Assembly (NCBI GenBank): GCA_022777645.1
Contig: JALFFX010000055.1
Coordinates: forward strand, 2,705 to 66,704
Direction of reading: 5' to 3'
DNA: 64,000 bases
From: Erysipelotrichaceae bacterium
GTDB lineage: Bacteria > Bacillota_I > Bacilli_A > RFN20 > CAG-826
Shown: piece after piece, positions 28,202-37,915 of the stretch
Position numbering within the stretch: the first letter of the stretch is position 1
Layout: each line of letters begins with the position of its first letter
The notes under the pieces: generated by a model
Told to the model about the DNA's origin: nothing
Database searches by the model: none
Seen by the model: the letters and a program-made list of their open reading frames with translations, nothing else
Program-made: the position numbers and the translations under genes

Positions 28202-29947
28202 TTAGAACTCCTTCGTCAAAACATTCGCAATTGCTTGTTGAATAGCATTATCTACATAAGTAATATCAGCTTTTGTTTCTTGCAAATGCTTTATGTTATC
28301 AGCATTTGCTTTTCCTTTATTACCAGGATATGCAGTTGAACCTGTTTCTCCAAGTATAAGTTGTTTAGAATCATTAATTAGTGTACATTTAACAATTGCT
28401 GATTTATGTCTTAAATAGCCTGTAGAAAATGATATAGAAGTAAAATAAATTGAATCATTAAGATATAAAATACCTTGAGTATTTGAATGTTCAACATCAA
28501 ATGTTTCACCTTCTGGGAAATCAATTCCAACACTTGCTTCTTCAGGGGTATAAGAAATGTTACTTGTGTACAAATATTCACCATCAATAGTATATACAGC
28601 AATTAAAGGATACATAATTCCATTACTTGTGTAGTTAGCAAATACACAGTTATCACTAATAGTCATACGAGTAAAGCTTACACCGTCAATTATTTTTAAT
28701 TTGAATGTACCAAGTAATGTGTTATTAGTTGTTGCACTAGCATCATTAGCATAAATGTAAACTGTATCAGTACCATCATATGGTTTTACATATAAACGAT
28801 TTAAATTTTTAGAATAGACTACATCTTGAAGTGGAGTAGTTGAATTAATTTCTGCAAATTTAAATCCAGTATATACTTCCCAATTAGCACCAAAGGTACC
28901 ATCTGCATTAATCGTGACTGATTTTTCAACACCACCATTTTGGAAAATAATTAATTTACCATCTTTAACGGTTAAACCACAACATTGTTCAAGTGTTGCT
29001 GATTCATTTAATTCTTTAGTAGCAATTAAATTACCATTTAAATCATATGAACAGGCAACAATATCTCTTTCTTGTTCTGCCCACTTTGATATGATTCCAA
29101 AAATATATTTTCCATCACTTGCAAGAGATTGCATATATGGATAGCCAGGCACTTCTTGAGTGTAGTTTCTAAATTTTGTTGGAGTGTTTGTTGTAAGAAC
29201 TTTACTATTACCAACTTCAATATATGTAGACCCAGTCCATCTATAAAGTTTATTATCATCTACTGTAACATAAAATGTACTTGCAGAACCTACTGTAGGA
29301 AGATTTAAAAATGAAGATACTTCTAAAAAAACATTCATTTTAGTTTTTAAACCATCATCAACATATTTTTTACTTGTAGCACAATCATCTGTGGCAGGAG
29401 CTAAAGGAACAACAACATTTCCATCCCCTGTTCTTTGAACTATACCATTATATCCAACTTGTTTTTGAAGAGGATAAATTTTATCAGCACCATTATAAAC
29501 ACCATAAAGATAATCTCCTTGATGGGAAACTACACGATTAACTTTACCATTTAATGCATGATTTACATATGTTTTTTCAGCATAATTACTTAGGTCAACA
29601 ATGCTACTTAATTTATCCCATTTCCAATCTGTTTCATCTTCATTCCAAATGATAGCAACATTATCTCCTTGTGTTACTTGAACTGAACCTTTTGTCAATG
29701 TTCCTGTACCTGATATATCATAAACATAGCCATTCATTTCTTTTGTAATGGTTAAACTATTTAAGATATCAACTGTTACTGTTCCTTGTGGTTTATAAAC
29801 TCTTGAAATAGCAGAAGCAATAGAATTATCTACATAAGTTTTTTCAGCATAGTAATTTGCAATATTTTTTCCGTTGCCGTCTCTAGTAGCAGCTTCAACT
29901 TTAATAGGATTACCATTTGGGTCTCTTAAAACAGTATATATAGCCAT
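28202..29947 (-). CDS. tail fibre / receptor-binding protein
   Basis: N-terminus MAIYTVLRDPNGNPI...YAEKTYVDNSI is typical of phage fibre anchors; YAEKTYVNHAL repeat; beta-rich; C-terminal ITYVDNAIQQAI. Confidence 0.5.
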   Translation of the reverse strand: MAIYTVLRDPNGNPIKVEAATRDGNGKNIANYYAEKTYVDNSIASAISRVYKPQGTVTVDILNSLTITKEMNGYVYDISGTGTLTKGSVQVTQGDNVAIIWNEDETDWKWDKLSSIVDLSNYAEKTYVNHALNGKVNRVVSHQGDYLYGVYNGADKIYPLQKQVGYNGIVQRTGDGNVVVPLAPATDDCATSKKYVDDGLKTKMNVFLEVSSFLNLPTVGSASTFYVTVDDNKLYRWTGSTYIEVGNSKVLTTNTPTKFRNYTQEVPGYPYMQSLASDGKYIFGIISKWAEQERDIVACSYDLNGNLIATKELNESATLEQCCGLTVKDGKLIIFQNGGVEKSVTINADGTFGANWEVYTGFKFAEINSTTPLQDVVYSKNLNRLYVKPYDGTDTVYIYANDASATTNNTLLGTFKLKIIDGVSFTRMTISDNCVFANYTSNGIMYPLIAVYTIDGEYLYTSNISYTPEEASVGIDFPEGETFDVEHSNTQGILYLNDSIYFTSISFSTGYLRHKSAIVKCTLINDSKQLILGETGSTAYPGNKGKANADNIKHLQETKADITYVDNAIQQAIANVLTKEF

Positions 29948-30043
29948 TATGCATCAACCTCCTCTACAACGATTTCATCATTTTTGCGAGCACAATAGAT
30001 GATTCTATCTTCAAGTTCAATTTTTTTCATAAATCTCTCCTTT

Positions 30044-30322
30044 TTAATCAGTTTCTTCGATTGTTTCTGTTGATGCTTGAAATAAATTAACAGTAGCAAC
30101 TGTTGCATTACTAGCATTTTTTAATGTAATAGTTAAATAACCATTTGATACAGAAGCACTTCCAGATGCAATTACTGTTTTATAAACTGCAGATGCTAAA
30201 GGAATTAATGTATCACTATTTGAAATATCAGTTGTCGTTGCAGTCACAGTAGTCGGAATGCGATAATCATAAATGTTGTAAGTAGTACCAGATTTAACTA
30301 CTTGAATAACATAATCATTCAT
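30044..30322 (-). CDS. hypothetical protein (T/S-rich, Ig-like?)
   Basis: 92-aa ORF. Confidence 0.4.
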   Translation of the reverse strand: MNDYVIQVVKSGTTYNIYDYRIPTTVTATTTDISNSDTLIPLASAVYKTVIASGSASVSNGYLTITLKNASNATVATVNLFQASTETIEETD

Positions 30323-30383
30323 AATACTTTTTCTCCTAACTTCTTATTTTTATTTTATAATAAATTTTATCAAAATGCATCAA

Positions 30384-30680
30384 TTATTCTTGCCATACAT
30401 TAAATGTAATATCAGCATCATTATTTGCAAAGCACATAAAGTAATATAAACCATCACTCATTCCTGCAAACACTGCAATTGCTAAATTTTTATCATCGTC
30501 ATTTGTTAAAATCATTGGTAAATGAAAATTGATACTACCAGTTTGAGATGATAAAGGTTGTAATGTAAATACTGATGTGCAACTAAGTGTTACTGTTCCA
30601 ACGTTTCTCATATTTAACTTTAATGCTCCTTCAACATTTGTTTTGAAAAATTTTGCAAATTCTACTAATTTAATACTCAT
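30384..30680 (-). CDS. hypothetical protein
   Basis: 98-aa ORF. Confidence 0.4.
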   Translation of the reverse strand: MSIKLVEFAKFFKTNVEGALKLNMRNVGTVTLSCTSVFTLQPLSSQTGSINFHLPMILTNDDDKNLAIAVFAGMSDGLYYFMCFANNDADITFNVWQE

Positions 30681-30683
30681 ATA

Positions 30684-33125
30684 TTATTTTTCTTCACGAA
30701 ATACTTTAATAATATGTTCAGCACCAAATGTATCACTACCTTCGTCTTCAGGATGTGTTTCAACAATAATTTCAACATCTAATCCTTTTTTATTAAAGAA
30801 TTTTTCAATTTCATTATCTAACCAGATGTGTTCTTTCCAGTCCATCATATCAACGTCAATTGAGAGATAATCTTCTCCATCAACTTTGTTGTTAACAAAG
30901 TATACATTTTCACTGAAATCAGTATTTAATGAACGTAAATGTTTTTCTAATTCTTTAGCAAAATCTTTCAATTCTTCATTAACTTTTATATATTTACTTG
31001 TATCTTTTAAATATTTCTTTGGAAGTAAAATACACATTACAACATTATTTTCCCATTCAAGTATTTCTGTAAAGCCATCTTGTTTAAGCGCTTTAGCAAT
31101 ATCTTCAAAAATATGGTCTTCATAATATTTTGGTTCTATACCAAGCTCTTCAGCAACACTTTGCATTTCGTAATTCATGTCATCTTCATAATTGATTGTA
31201 TATTCTTCATTTGCATCAAAAATTTCTAACATATCTTTATCAATACGATATTTGAAATCAAATAATGAGTCATATTCTTCACCATCAATTATACTTTTTT
31301 CATTGAGTTTTGTGAGTAATGCTTCTAAATGAGGGAATTTACCACTAAATTGAGCATCTTGTACTAAATTTTCATTTAATTGTTTATTTTTCATAATACT
31401 ATCCTTCTTTCTTCTTCTAGAATTATGTATACTTTGAGGCAATGAATAATTACCAGATAACACATCATCAGCAGTTAATGATTTAAACACATGTCTGCAA
31501 TATGGTCTTGTGCTTAAAAATGTAGGTTCACCTATAATATCTTGCACAGTTTGAATGTTGTGTTCTTTTATATATTTTTCAATTGCTTCAATTTTCTTTT
31601 TTTCTTTTGTCGGATTATATGCTGATTTCCATTTTGCATCAACATATATTTTCCCTTGTTTACTGATATGGTCATCTGCACTATCATCATGTTTACTACA
31701 AGCAAAGAAAATTTTTGGATTACCATAATTACGATATTTTTTAATTTCTTCTTCAGTCATCTTTGTAATAACTTCATCAGTTAAACTATCTTTGAATGAC
31801 ATTTCTTCACTTTCAACAATTAGTTTAAGAGTTTTTAATTTATCAAGATAACCTTTATGTCTAAATTCTTTAAAAATTTGATTTTCTTTACTATATTCAC
31901 CTTCAGTATCTAAACCTGAACGTCTAAATGAATATATTTTATCAATTAATTTATTAATGCTTTCTAGAGAAGGTTTATTTAAAATGCTGTTATATTCCTT
32001 AACTAATTCATTAACTTCATTAGAAACGTCAATTTGAATGATTTCTTCCTTACTTGGCTCTTTTATCCAACCTGTATATATAGAATATATACCTTTTGAA
32101 AATAAATCAGATGTATCATTTTGTACATATACTTCTACATTAATATTATTAAATTTAATATCATATGCATCATTAAACATAGATTTATATGCATCATAAA
32201 TTTTCATCATGTTTTCATCTGACTCATCAACAATGATATGAACATCAAAATCTGACTTTGATGTATAATTATATGATGCATTGCTGCCGATGACAATTAC
32301 ATCACTTATTGTAATATCAATATCTGCATCAGCTAACCATTCTTTATATTTTTCAACAATTAACTCAATATGCTCTTTAATTTCAGGTTTTAATGTACCA
32401 TCTTCATTCCACAATTTTGGATTGAGAGTTTTTCTAATTGCATCATGAACACTGACTGAATCATGCAATTCTTCATAACAATCTAATAAGAATTCTCTAA
32501 ATGATGGTTTGTATTTCTTTCCATTTGCATTTATTTCTTTTAATTCATTAATCAGTGCGATATTTAATCTATATAAATCATCAGCAAATTCTTTTATTTC
32601 ATCAACTGGTCGATATTCGATTAAACCTAAACCATTAGCATAAAATTGTTTTGCTGTTTTATTATATTCAATATTATTTTTAACTTCTTCATTTAATTGT
32701 TTAACAGCTGATGAAATAAATCTTACTAAATTCCAACCAAAGTTTGTAAGATTATTTACTTTATTACTTGTTTCTGTATTTTCTTCAGATGAATCCCAAT
32801 CAAGACGTAAAATTCTTTTTAATTGATTTAACTCATAATCATGTATTACATCTTCAATTTTACTATCTGTTGTTCGTTTTTCAAGTTGTTGTTTAAAATA
32901 TTGAACCCAATAAAAATTACTAAAACCTGATACTTTGAAAAAATTATCATTCACATCAGCTTTAAGTATTCTTTTTAAAAAAGATGCTTTTTCTTCAGGT
33001 AAATCTAAAAAACAAACATGATGATTTCTATCAACTAATTCATCATGATAACCATATTGTTTATAAAGTTTGGCAAATTGAACCATTCCAAACTGATAAT
33101 TATTTACTAAACATACAACTTTCAT
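30684..33125 (-). CDS. large protein with central Pol-beta-type nucleotidyltransferase motif (candidate virion-associated effector)
   Basis: start set at MKVVCL (TAATATG coupling with the upstream gene); IVIGSNASYNYTSKSDFDVHIIVD is the GS-x10-D-x-D minimal NTase signature. Confidence 0.5.
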   Translation of the reverse strand: MKVVCLVNNYQFGMVQFAKLYKQYGYHDELVDRNHHVCFLDLPEEKASFLKRILKADVNDNFFKVSGFSNFYWVQYFKQQLEKRTTDSKIEDVIHDYELNQLKRILRLDWDSSEENTETSNKVNNLTNFGWNLVRFISSAVKQLNEEVKNNIEYNKTAKQFYANGLGLIEYRPVDEIKEFADDLYRLNIALINELKEINANGKKYKPSFREFLLDCYEELHDSVSVHDAIRKTLNPKLWNEDGTLKPEIKEHIELIVEKYKEWLADADIDITISDVIVIGSNASYNYTSKSDFDVHIIVDESDENMMKIYDAYKSMFNDAYDIKFNNINVEVYVQNDTSDLFSKGIYSIYTGWIKEPSKEEIIQIDVSNEVNELVKEYNSILNKPSLESINKLIDKIYSFRRSGLDTEGEYSKENQIFKEFRHKGYLDKLKTLKLIVESEEMSFKDSLTDEVITKMTEEEIKKYRNYGNPKIFFACSKHDDSADDHISKQGKIYVDAKWKSAYNPTKEKKKIEAIEKYIKEHNIQTVQDIIGEPTFLSTRPYCRHVFKSLTADDVLSGNYSLPQSIHNSRRRKKDSIMKNKQLNENLVQDAQFSGKFPHLEALLTKLNEKSIIDGEEYDSLFDFKYRIDKDMLEIFDANEEYTINYEDDMNYEMQSVAEELGIEPKYYEDHIFEDIAKALKQDGFTEILEWENNVVMCILLPKKYLKDTSKYIKVNEELKDFAKELEKHLRSLNTDFSENVYFVNNKVDGEDYLSIDVDMMDWKEHIWLDNEIEKFFNKKGLDVEIIVETHPEDEGSDTFGAEHIIKVFREEK

Positions 33126-33126
33126 A

Positions 33127-33618
33127 TTAATCGTAATTCCCACTTCCTGGAACAGGATTACTTGTGACAACAAACATTGATGCAAGAGATTTTGTTGCTA
33201 ATAAATTCATTAAATCTCTACCAAATGCACTTTGGTTCCACCATACTTTATCATCACCAGAAATCATGCTTCTATCTAAATCATATGTTTTGCTAAATCC
33301 ACCAACACTAGCAGATGTCATAATGCCACCAGTCGTAGGACTGCCACCAGCAATATCTGCTAAGCTTGTTGCACCAGATTTTACTTTTGCTTGAGCTTGA
33401 CCAATTATCCATGCATAATGAGCAATTGCTAAACTCATTGCATATTTCCAGTCAACACCAAAAATAGAATAGAAAATTTTATTATTTGCAATTGGATATA
33501 AATTATTAAAAAGTGTATCTATATTAGAGACATTTGTAAATTGAGGCATCCAAAACAAAAAATCTTCTTTTGTGAATTCAGGATTTTCTCTATCAATAAG
33601 TGTTCCTAAAATAGCCAT
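33127..33618 (-). CDS. hypothetical protein
   Basis: 163-aa ORF. Confidence 0.5.
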   Translation of the reverse strand: MAILGTLIDRENPEFTKEDFLFWMPQFTNVSNIDTLFNNLYPIANNKIFYSIFGVDWKYAMSLAIAHYAWIIGQAQAKVKSGATSLADIAGGSPTTGGIMTSASVGGFSKTYDLDRSMISGDDKVWWNQSAFGRDLMNLLATKSLASMFVVTSNPVPGSGNYD

Positions 33619-33623
33619 TCGAA

Positions 33624-34055
33624 TTAACCTCTAGAGACTCTTTCTTTTAATTCCTTTAATTCTTTTAAATGCTCTTCTTCTTCACCTTTAATATGTTCGT
33701 AAATACCAACAGCTTCTTCAGATTGAGCTTCTTTAATTGCTTTGTCATAAGCTTCAATTGCTTCTACTTCATCTTCAATAAGAGCATCTAATGTAGTAGT
33801 ATCTGCATCATTCATGCAAGAGTCAAACATAACTTTTTCATGAATTTTTTCTTCATCATCATTTTCTTCTTTTTCCCAAAGTAAACCAATAGGACCAAAA
33901 TTACTGATTCCTTCATAAATTTCTTTGACTTTATCAGACTTTTGTAACTTTTTAATCATCATTTCTTTTGAAGTCTTAACTTCATCAAATTTAACATATT
34001 GAAGTTCATCATTATTTGTAATAACATATAACTTTTCCATAAATAAATACCTCAT
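33624..34055 (-). CDS. hypothetical Glu-rich helical protein (weak ferritin-like ExxH pattern)
   Basis: EAIEAY...EHIKGEEEEHL. Confidence 0.45.
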   Translation of the reverse strand: MRYLFMEKLYVITNNDELQYVKFDEVKTSKEMMIKKLQKSDKVKEIYEGISNFGPIGLLWEKEENDDEEKIHEKVMFDSCMNDADTTTLDALIEDEVEAIEAYDKAIKEAQSEEAVGIYEHIKGEEEEHLKELKELKERVSRG

Positions 34056-34129
34056 ATTAATTATATAACAAAATTTTTATAAGAATATAAAAAAAGAATT
34101 AGTTTTGAGCTAATTCTTTCTTTTTATAA

Positions 34130-34531
34130 TTATTCAACAACAGTTGGTCTAATAACTTTGACTTTTTGTTTAACCATTAAATCTTTAAAGTAAAGTTTAG
34201 CTTCTCTTTCTCCTAAGACTGATGTATCATACTCAACTTTTGTTGGATGTGAAATTGCAATATCACCATTTTCAAATTCAATAATCATATCAACTTCATC
34301 ACATTTGATTTCTTTACCGAATTCAACTTCAATTGGTAATACTCTTGAAATTTTAATTGGTTGATTTTCTGTTGGTAGAACTGGCATTTGTTTTAATGAA
34401 ACATTTTCAGAAACTTGAATTTTAACTGATTCTTTGATTTCTTTTTTGTCATCGACTTTTTCTGCATGAGATGAATGCATTCTATCAGAACATTTCATAC
34501 CTTTTCTAGAAGTATAATTCAATGTTGACAT
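34130..34531 (-). CDS. hypothetical protein (possible tail assembly chaperone by position)
   Basis: 133-aa ORF downstream of the tube gene. Confidence 0.45.
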   Translation of the reverse strand: MSTLNYTSRKGMKCSDRMHSSHAEKVDDKKEIKESVKIQVSENVSLKQMPVLPTENQPIKISRVLPIEVEFGKEIKCDEVDMIIEFENGDIAISHPTKVEYDTSVLGEREAKLYFKDLMVKQKVKVIRPTVVE

Positions 34532-34543
34532 AAATTAATCTCC

Positions 34544-35047
34544 TTATTCATAATAGAATATTTGACCACATGTGAATGTCCAGTCTTGAAGTTGAGCTGT
34601 ATCACCAAATGTAATATCAGCCATCTTTTTAATATAGCAGTCATTACATGTAGCAATAATGTTTGTACCTGATAAATTATCAACATATGCTGATGTGACT
34701 TGTAATTTTAAACCAGGAACATTTTCTTGAATAGACTCAAATATTGAACAAATTTGAGCTAATCTAATAACCATATCTGAGACTTGTCTAATTTGAACTT
34801 TACATTCACCAGTTTTATCATTATTTTTGTTATGAACCCATGAACCAGTGTAGTCACCTTCAGTTTCCCAAGCATCTTTATTACGAGTAAGAGAAATTTC
34901 TCCTAAGAAACTGCCGACTCCACCAGCTTCAATACCTGCTCCACCAATTGAGAATTGTTGTCCTCTGATTGACTCAGGAATATATTGATTATCTGGTATT
35001 GTTATTGTAAGAATATAATCCGTTAACGAATATCTATTAGTAGCCAT
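34544..35047 (-). CDS. tail tube protein (XkdM-like) candidate
   Basis: 167-aa beta-rich protein immediately after the sheath candidate. Confidence 0.4.
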   Translation of the reverse strand: MATNRYSLTDYILTITIPDNQYIPESIRGQQFSIGGAGIEAGGVGSFLGEISLTRNKDAWETEGDYTGSWVHNKNNDKTGECKVQIRQVSDMVIRLAQICSIFESIQENVPGLKLQVTSAYVDNLSGTNIIATCNDCYIKKMADITFGDTAQLQDWTFTCGQIFYYE

Positions 35048-35060
35048 ATATCAACCCTCC

Positions 35061-36437
35061 TTAGAAAACCTTTCCAACAATTTCGATTGTTCTAATTGAA
35101 TAACTATCAGCAATTACTAAATAAATTGATGGTAGCATATGATTTTGCAAATCTTCAGTAGATAATGAAGTAAATGGTAAAATTTTGAATAAATAACCTT
35201 GTGTCACTGGAGTATTTTTGCTGACAATTAAGTATCTACCTGTTGAGTCATATAAATCTTCAGTTGACCAGATTTTTTCTGTTGATAAATAACCAAATGC
35301 TTTATATCTTTGTAATTCATCAGACATTGCTGCTGAAACTAAACTTAAACCAACTTGATTATATCTTAGTTTATTTCTCAAAACACCAAGAATTCTATCA
35401 GTGACAGTTTGAGTGAGAACAATTCTAATAAAGTCATTTACTAAATCTGTTCCATTAGTCATATTGCCACCGTATTCCATAATACCATAAGATGATAAGT
35501 TAATATCACAATTGATATTGACTTTTTTAAGATTTTCAAATACACTATTATCATCAACAATTGGTGAAGTAAGAACACCTGTATTTTCAGTGATACCATC
35601 ACTTAATGTAGGTTTAAACATTGAAACAGTTTCTGGTGTGTAGCAATAATCTGCAATTGTTCCTCTATAAACGTTAATTTGTGATAAGTAAGCCAACACA
35701 GTCATTTCAATACCTTGAGGACCATATTTAACAATAATGTTTGATAAATTTGCAACACTATTTAATGGATTTTCATAATCATCATTACCAACATATTTCA
35801 TTATGTAATATGTTTTGTTTTCACTATATTCTGTAGCTAGTTTATATTCATTTGTATTATCTTTTAAATAACCAACTGAAATTGTTTTTGTTTGAGCAGT
35901 CGCTGTATAGAATGCACCAGCATTAATATCTTCTTGAGATGAAGGTTGAACAGCTGGACGAACAGCTTTACATGCTTTAGCACTGACTGTTAAACTATGT
36001 AAATATGTGACTAATTTCTTTTCACTAATTCCACTAAATAAAGAATTGTTATTCATCTTTGTTGCAACAATTTGCATAACAACATTTGAACATGTAGATG
36101 CAATAACAATTTCATCAGTTGGTAATTCAGCAATTGCTTCAACAATGGCTGTAGCATCTGATTCATTATTACCTGTAGCAGAAATTTTAACATAGTGAAT
36201 TTGTTGTCCACCATTGTTAAAGAATGCTAACACGTATGTATAAAGAACACTAGATGTAGAACCACCTTGGCTTGTAAAATCACTAATACTTGTGAAATAA
36301 GTATCAGTTCCATTTTCAAAATCAGTTATATTTGAATTACAGTCAATAAGAACGCCAATATTTCTAGAACCACTGACAGACGCACTTGTATAATGACTAA
36401 TGTTAACATTTACGAAATTTTTAGAACTGAGTGCCAT
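35061..36437 (-). CDS. tail sheath protein candidate
   Basis: 458 aa; sits after the head-tail connector genes and before the tube-sized gene. Confidence 0.45.
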   Translation of the reverse strand: MALSSKNFVNVNISHYTSASVSGSRNIGVLIDCNSNITDFENGTDTYFTSISDFTSQGGSTSSVLYTYVLAFFNNGGQQIHYVKISATGNNESDATAIVEAIAELPTDEIVIASTCSNVVMQIVATKMNNNSLFSGISEKKLVTYLHSLTVSAKACKAVRPAVQPSSQEDINAGAFYTATAQTKTISVGYLKDNTNEYKLATEYSENKTYYIMKYVGNDDYENPLNSVANLSNIIVKYGPQGIEMTVLAYLSQINVYRGTIADYCYTPETVSMFKPTLSDGITENTGVLTSPIVDDNSVFENLKKVNINCDINLSSYGIMEYGGNMTNGTDLVNDFIRIVLTQTVTDRILGVLRNKLRYNQVGLSLVSAAMSDELQRYKAFGYLSTEKIWSTEDLYDSTGRYLIVSKNTPVTQGYLFKILPFTSLSTEDLQNHMLPSIYLVIADSYSIRTIEIVGKVF

Positions 36438-36492
36438 AATTGTTTTCTTCCTTTCATATTAATTATAATCTATATTTTTTAAATATATAAAT

Positions 36493-37047
36493 TTATTGTA
36501 TTTTTGTAATTACAAATTCAACATCTTTTAATTGATATTTTTCATCAAAATAACCAGCTGATGTTGTTTTTTTAAAATTATGACGACATTGCAATTGTAA
36601 AGTTAAATCACAACGAGGCCATAATGTATTATTAATAAATTCCTTTTGGTCTATAGGAAATTCAATACCTTTAATATATACTCCTGCATTTCTTAATGTA
36701 GTAGCAACTTCACTTGTTTTAAATAATGCTCTAATTTGTTGAGCACACATATGACACATATTACCATATATTTTTAATATAAAGTTATATGTTGCAAGTG
36801 AAGTCATAGTATCATCTTCTTCTGGAATAATGACGTTGTTTTCATTTTCTTGTTCAACAACATCAAATGTCATAAACACATCAGTTAATTTAATTGAAAA
36901 TACATCAGTATTATTAAGAATTTCAGTTAAATCTGCTCCACGAACTGAAGCAGCATTTAAAATTCTATCACCTGAAATGCCTGTTTGTTCAATTAATTGT
37001 TCACGAACACGTATAATTAATGTATCATAATCAATTGAAGTAATCAT
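36493..37047 (-). CDS. head-tail connector / neck protein candidate
   Basis: position between major capsid and sheath. Confidence 0.4.
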   Translation of the reverse strand: MITSIDYDTLIIRVREQLIEQTGISGDRILNAASVRGADLTEILNNTDVFSIKLTDVFMTFDVVEQENENNVIIPEEDDTMTSLATYNFILKIYGNMCHMCAQQIRALFKTSEVATTLRNAGVYIKGIEFPIDQKEFINNTLWPRCDLTLQLQCRHNFKKTTSAGYFDEKYQLKDVEFVITKIQ

Positions 37048-37463
37048 ATAATTTTCTCACCATTAAGATATGCAATATAATCTTGAAAGTTTTTGTACTG
37101 TGCCAAATTGACCATTGTACATGTTCCTCTTCTAACTCCCCAACCATCATAAGGATGTACTCCATCAACATGTAAGAAATTACCTGTTTCATCTTGGAAA
37201 AAATCTCCAATATTAACACGATATTCTGCTTTACAATACCATTCATATTTTAATGATTGAGTATTTCCATCTTTTGATTGATTTAATGTAGAGTCTTGAG
37301 GCTGTAATGACATCATTATTTTTCTTTTGTCAAATGTATGAATTAAACGACCAAGACTATCAGCTTTTTTACCAACTTCAACATACCAGTCATATTCAAA
37401 ATGAAATTCAGCAATTGCTTCATCAAAATATGTTGGGTCTATAATGCGTCTAATATCTGACAT
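37044..37463 (-). CDS. head-tail connector protein candidate
   Basis: position; 139 aa. Confidence 0.4.
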   Translation of the reverse strand: MSDIRRIIDPTYFDEAIAEFHFEYDWYVEVGKKADSLGRLIHTFDKRKIMMSLQPQDSTLNQSKDGNTQSLKYEWYCKAEYRVNIGDFFQDETGNFLHVDGVHPYDGWGVRRGTCTMVNLAQYKNFQDYIAYLNGEKII

Positions 37464-37472
37464 AATAACTCC

Positions 37473-37775
37473 TTAAATAACAATATCTTCTATAACGTAC
37501 CAGTCTCTGTCACGTTTTGTGACCCACCAGTCGAATTTATCTGGGTCATTTTTATGCATATTGTAGAAATCAATAACTTCTTTACGAGTTTTGAATTTTT
37601 CAGTATGAGGGTTTCCTTGTGAATCATCTTCACTATACCATAAAGCTTCATATGCACAGAAATCATCATCTTTTAAAGTTTTAATCATTTCAACAACAGC
37701 TTTTTTGATTTCTTTTTTAGAAACATTATCACAATCTTCGACTTCAATTGTGTAATTACCATGTTTAAATTTCAT
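37473..37775 (-). CDS. head completion protein candidate
   Basis: position; 100 aa. Confidence 0.4.
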   Translation of the reverse strand: MKFKHGNYTIEVEDCDNVSKKEIKKAVVEMIKTLKDDDFCAYEALWYSEDDSQGNPHTEKFKTRKEVIDFYNMHKNDPDKFDWWVTKRDRDWYVIEDIVI

Positions 37776-37915
37776 ACTTCAATTTCCTTTCAATTAAATA
37801 AAGGGCGAACAAGCCGAATTGTTTTGAATTAATTCAGCTAATTCAGCCCTTCAGTGTATACTTAACTTAAATTACTTTGGAGAGATAATTAAGTCGATAC
37901 CTAATTATTAATTTC

